From positions 1-30,416 of the forward strand of contig DATDXT010000033.1 of the NCBI GenBank assembly GCA_035289185.1: a DNA stretch of 30,416 nucleotides. Reading direction: 5' to 3'. A model generated the notes under the pieces. It was not told where the DNA came from and searched no databases. It was given only the letters and a program-made list of their open reading frames with translations. Position 1 is the first letter of the stretch, and every line of letters begins with the position of its first letter. Position numbers and translations under genes: made by a program. The DNA is from an archaeon. GTDB lineage: Archaea > Aenigmatarchaeota > Aenigmatarchaeia > CG10238-14 > SCSR01. Of the stretch, positions 26,234-30,416 are shown piece after piece.

Positions 26234-26395
26234 CCAATTTACAAGTTAAAGCTATTACTATAAAACGATGTATATATTCAATCATACACTTTCGCTGAAT
26301 TTTCGGAAAAGAATCTGAATTTTCATACAAAATTTTGGACTGGAAGATGATTTTATAAAGATTTCTGTCCAATTGTTGTTTGGAGATGGTAATAG

Positions 26396-26833
26396 ATGCA
26401 GGTTTTTGCAGATAGAACAGAGACGATAGAGAAACCACATGAAGTTAGCTATGGAAACAGAGAAAAGATGGCTCTGCATGTGGATGATGAGGAAGAATGG
26501 AGAGACATTGTTGAAAGGTCGCTGACAAGTTTGGGCTATAAGGTAGTGCAGGCGGCCAATTTCCAAGACGCAGAGTTTTCTGCAAAGAACCAAAGGTTTG
26601 ATCTTTATGTGATTGATGGTACTTTTCCCATGAAACCCGAGGAAGCTGGTGACAGGGAAGCCGGATTGAAGCTTTACAAGCTATTGAATGACTTGCATGG
26701 CGATAGTTCGAAATATGTGCTCCTTTCTGGTGATGGCTATGTGGAAGCAATATGCAATAGGGACGGAATACCTTTCTTGTATAAAAGACATTTTGCTAAA
26801 AAATTCCAGGATTTTGTCAGAAAACTAGGTTAA
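26396..26833 (+). CDS. Stand-alone CheY-like receiver domain protein
   Basis: VDDEEE (acidic pocket), DLYVIDGTFP (candidate phospho-acceptor Asp), VLLSGDG and a later YK. No output domain. GGAGATGGT lies 5 nt upstream of the ATG at 26396. The alternative ATG at 26468 would give MALHVDDEEE... Confidence 0.7.
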   Translation: MQVFADRTETIEKPHEVSYGNREKMALHVDDEEEWRDIVERSLTSLGYKVVQAANFQDAEFSAKNQRFDLYVIDGTFPMKPEEAGDREAGLKLYKLLNDLHGDSSKYVLLSGDGYVEAICNRDGIPFLYKRHFAKKFQDFVRKLG

Positions 26834-26917
26834 AAGGTAAATAGTCATTACTTGAGGATAATGAAAGCTTTAAATAGTTTGCTGTCCTATAATAAGTTAA
26901 GAAAATGGTGAGGAAAA

Positions 26918-27313
26918 ATGAACGATATGTGGACTGAGAAAGACGGCTTATCGCATTTGAATATGCTACCAAATTTATTGGTGGCATTGGCCGAGGGTAA
27001 CGGTTCCTTGAGAAAATATTCTGAAACAAGATATGGTTTAGCTTCTGTAACCTACAAAATCAGAATAAGAGAATATTCTTTGCGTTTGGAGGACGGCACA
27101 GATGTTCTATATAAAGTAGAAGAAGATGGCATACAAAAATTACAAGAAACCATAAAGCTAAATGGAAAGGTTGCGTTTGAAAGACCAAATGTTATTAATT
27201 TCGAAAACACATTCTACGAATTTAATCCACGATCAAAGCTAGATAAGTTGCATGAAATAAATAAGCATGAAATAAATAAGCATGAAATAAAAAAGTTTGT
27301 AGACTTAGGCTAG
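26918..27313 (+). CDS. Hypothetical protein with a C-terminal HEINK tandem repeat
   Basis: 131 aa with GGTGAGG (SD) 5 nt upstream of the ATG. The 3' end overlaps the convergent cca stop by 9 nt. Confidence 0.5.
   Translation: MNDMWTEKDGLSHLNMLPNLLVALAEGNGSLRKYSETRYGLASVTYKIRIREYSLRLEDGTDVLYKVEEDGIQKLQETIKLNGKVAFERPNVINFENTFYEFNPRSKLDKLHEINKHEINKHEIKKFVDLG
27251..27295 (+). repeat. 15-bp tandem repeat x3 (CATGAAATAAATAAG), encoding HEINK-HEINK-HEIKK
   Basis: Read directly from the sequence. The third copy has one mismatch. Confidence 0.9.
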
Positions 27314-28741
27314 ATTTTCCTTCTCAAAATAAGTCCTTAAAAATATACAAAAATCTTCATTCGCCATCAAAGCTTTGGAAATAGAATCTGCATCCGAATA
27401 AATCCTGAACCCTTTCATCATCTGCTCTGCTATGTAGTTCGGTATTCCCTTAGCCTTCAGTGTGTTTATGTCTTTTTTCAAGCTATCGACAAGCTTGTCC
27501 CTCGCGTTCAAGAACCTTCTTTCTATCTCCACAACCCATTTATCATTCTCTATAAAAGGACCGTTGATGATGTCTCCTTTCATGTATTTTTCAATGAACC
27601 TCTTTGCATCGTCTACGTCAAAAACGCTAGGTCCGATCCTCTTTTGAACATTGGGCAGATTCTCATAAAATTCCATCTCCAATAAAACTACAGCAATGTC
27701 CTTATCGTTCGTATAGACGTCCTTTCTCAAGACCTTGAACTCATTTTTAGTTTCTTCCAGTATGCTTTCTATCCTGTCTGCGAACTTCCTCAATTGTGGC
27801 CAAAGAATATCAGGAACAACCTTCGGAGGATCCATCTTTACCACCAGAAGCCCTGTGTTTCTTTTCTCTAGATAACTGGTCAGTTCTGCAGTAGTCAACG
27901 GCTTTACATTCTTTTTGATGAAAAATGATTTTGCAGGCTCTTTTAAGAAAGCTTTTACAACTTTTATAAGTTTGAAGAAATTCTCTGGCGAAACAGCGGA
28001 TGCAACGTTCCTGTTCTTGTCTGTAGGGTCTATCAAAACCAATGCCTCCCCCCTGAACTTGTGATTCAGGCTCTTGTAATCCTTCTTATCATAGTATTTT
28101 TCCGTGTCTATAATTTCCCCAGGCTTCCAGTCTGCAATGTTTTTCAAAACGTTCATGAATTTGCCATAGTTTATTACCAGTACTTCGCATGCATATCCAG
28201 ACAAACCTTGCGCTCTAGCATCAGCGCCATAGACTCCACCAGCTTTGCATAATTGCTTCAAAAGTCTGACCTCATCTGAAAGCGATTGTGGCAGGTTCTT
28301 GTCAAGATATCTTACATGGAAAGGTGTCCTATCAACTGCAGACTTTATCTCCTTCGTAGATTCTACAGCATAACAAGGCACTATGTCCACTTGCATTCCA
28401 TCGATTTCGCCTGTCACATAAGGATGCTGCGCATATTCCACCCAAGACGTTCCTTTCAACCTTTTGATCACCGCCCTACCTACAGATATCCCTATGTCTT
28501 CCAGTTCCTTCTCTGGCAGGCTTTTGGGAAAAACAAGGAAAACATCGCATTCTTTCTTGTCAGGCAGCCATGTATTCCTAGTAACGCTTCCAGCAGACAT
28601 CGCTTCTGCACCATACTTTTCTATCTCTATGTCCGCAAAAGCAACAATCTTCTTAGACAAAGTCTTTAGCTTTTCCTCGTCTTCCTTGCTCGGCTTTACT
28701 ATCTTCAATGCTTCGTTGATGACTTTCTGATAATTGTCCAT
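27305..28741 (-). CDS. cca: Archaeal class-I CCA-adding enzyme (tRNA nucleotidyltransferase)
   Basis: AGSVTRNTWLPDKKECDVFLVFP matches the GS...ExD catalytic block of archaeal CCA enzymes. The homologous N-terminus starts at MDNYQKVINEALKIVKP (ATG at 28741). The ORF-track ATG at 28774 lies inside the putative TATA box. Confidence 0.92.
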   Translation of the reverse strand: MDNYQKVINEALKIVKPSKEDEEKLKTLSKKIVAFADIEIEKYGAEAMSAGSVTRNTWLPDKKECDVFLVFPKSLPEKELEDIGISVGRAVIKRLKGTSWVEYAQHPYVTGEIDGMQVDIVPCYAVESTKEIKSAVDRTPFHVRYLDKNLPQSLSDEVRLLKQLCKAGGVYGADARAQGLSGYACEVLVINYGKFMNVLKNIADWKPGEIIDTEKYYDKKDYKSLNHKFRGEALVLIDPTDKNRNVASAVSPENFFKLIKVVKAFLKEPAKSFFIKKNVKPLTTAELTSYLEKRNTGLLVVKMDPPKVVPDILWPQLRKFADRIESILEETKNEFKVLRKDVYTNDKDIAVVLLEMEFYENLPNVQKRIGPSVFDVDDAKRFIEKYMKGDIINGPFIENDKWVVEIERRFLNARDKLVDSLKKDINTLKAKGIPNYIAEQMMKGFRIYSDADSISKALMANEDFCIFLRTYFEKENLA

Positions 28742-28760
28742 AAATTTATTTTCTATCTGC
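28721..28760 (+). repeat. Direct repeat copy 1: the cca start codon region
   Basis: GACTTTCTGATAATTGTCCATAAATTTATTTTCT... recurs at 29261-29300. Identity is 31 of the first 34 nt and 33/40 overall by manual alignment. It contains the reverse complement of ATGGACAATTATCAGAAAGTC (MDNYQKV). Confidence 0.75.
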
Positions 28761-28773
28761 AAGACTATAATCA

Positions 28774-28781
28774 TTTATAAA
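28774..28781. promoter_or_regulatory. Palindromic TATA box TTTATAAA, possibly shared by divergent cca and relB
   Basis: It lies 21 nt upstream of the relB ATG (28803) and 32 nt upstream of the cca ATG (28741) on the opposite strand. Confidence 0.4.
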
Positions 28782-28802
28782 CTGTAGTAACAATAGGAAT
28801 TT

Positions 28803-28988
28803 ATGACAGAGCTTGAAACTTTGCATGCAGAAATAGATGAAATAAGGTCAAATGTGACAAAGATACTATTCATACTTGAAAACGAAGGCGAAGTAAATAA
28901 AAAAGTATTGAAAGAGCTGAAAGAAAGTAAAAGTGCTACAAAAGACAAATTCTTGCCCCACGAAACTCTTAAGAGATCTTTGAAATGA
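28803..28988 (+). CDS. relB: Archaeal-type RelB-like antitoxin
   Basis: 61 aa, helical and charged, resembling archaeal aRelB as I recall it. ATGA stop/start overlap with the downstream RelE gene. Confidence 0.7.
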   Translation: MTELETLHAEIDEIRSNVTKILFILENEGEVNKKVLKELKESKSATKDKFLPHETLKRSLK

Positions 28989-29242
28989 CATGGCATATAG
29001 AATGGTACAGAAAGGCCGCAAAAAATCTGGAATCTTTACCCAAAGAAATTCGTGATAGAGTTGTTAAATACATAGACAAAGTTCAACAAGCCCCATTTAA
29101 TTTTCTAGAACACTTTGAGCTGAAAGGCTATTATAAAATCAGAGTAGGTGATTATAGGGCAATTGCTTCTGTAGATTTTCAAAACAAAATCATTTCTATT
29201 ATTATATTTGATCATAGGAAAAGAATTTACAAAAGACTTTAA
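28985..29242 (+). CDS. relE: RelE/ParE-family toxin (mRNA interferase)
   Basis: 85 aa. WYRKAAKNLESLPKEIRDRV...YYKIRVGDYRAIASVDFQNKIISIIIFDHRKRIY is a typical RelE/StbE pattern. Confidence 0.88.
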   Translation: MTWHIEWYRKAAKNLESLPKEIRDRVVKYIDKVQQAPFNFLEHFELKGYYKIRVGDYRAIASVDFQNKIISIIIFDHRKRIYKRL

Positions 29243-29260
29243 TAAGTTCCATTATAAAAA

Positions 29261-29300
29261 GACTTTCTGATAAATGTCCATAAAATTACTTTCTGTTTAG
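29261..29300 (+). repeat. Direct repeat copy 2: orphaned pseudo-start of cca
   Basis: GACTTTCTGATAAATGTCCATAAAATTACTTTCT... On the minus strand it reads ATGGACATTTATCAGAAAGTC (MDIYQKV) and then hits a stop after a few codons. Confidence 0.75.
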
Positions 29301-29416
29301 TTAAAGAAAAATTAGGAATGTTATACGTATAACAAATCATATAATTACTCAAAAATGGTGAAAAAGTTGGGTATTTAAAGTTTAATTTTCTATAGAAAGT
29401 TAAGAAAGTGATTAAA

Positions 29417-29899
29417 ATGGAAGAAGGTCTGACAGCAGGACAGCAAGAACTTGTAGACAAACTAGATAAAATTATTGATAAATTAGATAGCAGACATGGA
29501 TATGTTGACAGCGAAAGTCTAAGACATAATGTGGAAAGCATGTATAACTTAGGAATGTTGAATTATGATGGTGGTTTTAAAAGAACAGTTGCAGGAAGAG
29601 AATCTTCTATACCAAATGAAATGCTAGAAGTCGCAATTGCCCTGTACGTTGATAAGTCTCTTATTAAAAAATTGAGAGCCTTGGCAGCAGCGAATGACAT
29701 AGAACTCGATCCAAGCAAGGTCAGATATGTCGTAGCTTTATACGGATTGGATAAAGAAGAAAAGGGATATGTGGTGGAGCTTATTAAAAACCATGAGGAG
29801 AGATGGGGAAAGAGGATTGAAGATGGTGTTTTGTACAGACCAAATAAAGAAAATGTGGCAACGATAACAGATTTATTGTCAAGAGAAGATGCCAAATAA
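29417..29899 (+). CDS. Hypothetical protein
   Basis: 160 aa from the ATG at 29417, preceded by AGTGAT (SD-like). The ORF track uses the GTG at 29408. No motif recognised. Confidence 0.55.
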   Translation: MEEGLTAGQQELVDKLDKIIDKLDSRHGYVDSESLRHNVESMYNLGMLNYDGGFKRTVAGRESSIPNEMLEVAIALYVDKSLIKKLRALAAANDIELDPSKVRYVVALYGLDKEEKGYVVELIKNHEERWGKRIEDGVLYRPNKENVATITDLLSREDAK

Positions 29900-29992
29900 A
29901 CTGCATATTTCTATAATTACTCTAAAGTAGTCAATAATTAAAGCTTTATATACTTAAGAAGCATAATAATTGTAACTAAAAAGTGGTTACAA

Positions 29993-30416
29993 ATGACAGG
30001 AACAAAAAGCAATTATGTGAGTGAATGGAAAACAGTTAGTGACAATAGTCTCTTGGAAATCATGCCAGAATTTTTAATCGATTGGATAATAAGAGGTTCT
30101 AATGAGCAAGGCAGAGGAATAGATGAATATACTATAGAGCCTAAACACAACCCATTAGCAGCTTATTTTCAAAAACTTGGTATTAAGACAGATAGACAAG
30201 TAGGATGTTCTGTTATAGAATATATAAGAGTGACAAATTCTGGTGCACGTTATGTTTACAGAAGCCTATCACCACGTGATCATTATGAAACAGATTCTGA
30301 AACGAAGCTTAACAGGGTAGAACAGATACTTGTCGGAGACTCTGTAAAATTGGAAAGAATTGTAAGAGAAGAGCTGGTTAAAGTAGAAGAAAAGTATAAT
30401 GATCCGACACGTTTCT
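29993..30416 (+). CDS. Partial CDS (N-terminal 141 codons, runs off the window end), hypothetical protein
   Basis: My own translation from the ATG at 29993 is open to the window end: MTGTKSNYVSEWKTVSDNSLLEIMPEFLIDWIIRGSNEQGRGIDEY... It is absent from the ORF track because it has no stop in the window. Confidence 0.5.
   Translation, partial: MTGTKSNYVSEWKTVSDNSLLEIMPEFLIDWIIRGSNEQGRGIDEYTIEPKHNPLAAYFQKLGIKTDRQVGCSVIEYIRVTNSGARYVYRSLSPRDHYETDSETKLNRVEQILVGDSVKLERIVREELVKVEEKYNDPTRF

Larger units (their letters stand above)
28761..29260 (+). mobile_element. Putative inserted relBE cassette bounded by duplicated cca-start segments
   Basis: The two repeat copies are offset by 540 bp and enclose only the TATA box and relB-relE. 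No recombinase gene is present. Confidence 0.45.

Noticed and set aside
26181-26593. Two minus-strand ORFs (85 and 103 aa) across the ftsZ/receiver intergenic region
   Set aside because: They span promoter and repeat DNA and run antisense to the receiver gene. They have no start-site signals or recognisable motifs.
29239-29541. 100-aa minus-strand ORF between relE and the next gene
   Set aside because: It crosses the intergenic region that contains the duplicated cca pseudo-start and runs antisense to the 29417 gene. It is low-complexity, and is better explained as non-coding repeat plus antisense.
1-30416. Search for tRNA, rRNA, SRP RNA, RNase P RNA and CRISPR arrays
   Set aside because: No GC-rich structured islands stand out in the intergenic regions, and there are no regularly spaced direct repeats. 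All gaps are under 300 bp and AT-rich. A covariance-model scan (tRNAscan-SE or Infernal) would be needed to exclude small RNAs formally.

Overview
This window is AT-rich archaeal chromosomal DNA. The archaeal call rests on split RNA polymerase subunits (A'/A'' and B'/B'') plus subunits H and D. It is supported by fibrillarin/Nop5, prefoldin alpha, the SRP54/FtsY pair, TrmY, a class-I CCA-adding enzyme and FtsZ. I cannot place the lineage any further from sequence alone.

The core backbone contains these blocks:
- a tightly coupled minus-strand operon rpoH-rpoB''-rpoB'-rpoA'-rpoA''-rpoD (3374-11329)
- nop5-flpA followed by a nucleotidyltransferase and a membrane protein (11539-14992)
- pfdA-ftsY (15958-17636)
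- srp54, trmY, ftsZ and cca

Small accessory insertions sit between these housekeeping genes. The two most notable are toxin-type cassettes, and neither carries a recombinase gene.
- A class-II Fic gene lies directly behind srp54. It is bounded by two copies of the last 8 codons plus stop of srp54, and the copies differ only at synonymous or stop positions. A 10-nt motif, TGTAGTCACC, decorates the cassette in four copies.
- An archaeal-type relBE pair lies directly upstream of cca. It is bounded by two copies of a roughly 35-40 nt segment that includes the cca start codon.

Other accessory content:
- a class-A beta-lactamase-like serine hydrolase
- an orphan receiver domain
- a compact three-gene operon of unknown function, convergent with ftsZ
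- several orphan ORFs

I found no tRNA, rRNA or CRISPR array. First genes of transcription units typically have a TTTATA(A/T)A box 21-22 nt before the ATG, which looks leaderless. Internal genes use GGTGAT/GGAGG-like Shine-Dalgarno motifs or 1-4 nt stop/start overlaps. All protein family calls come from motif recognition by eye, not from database searches.
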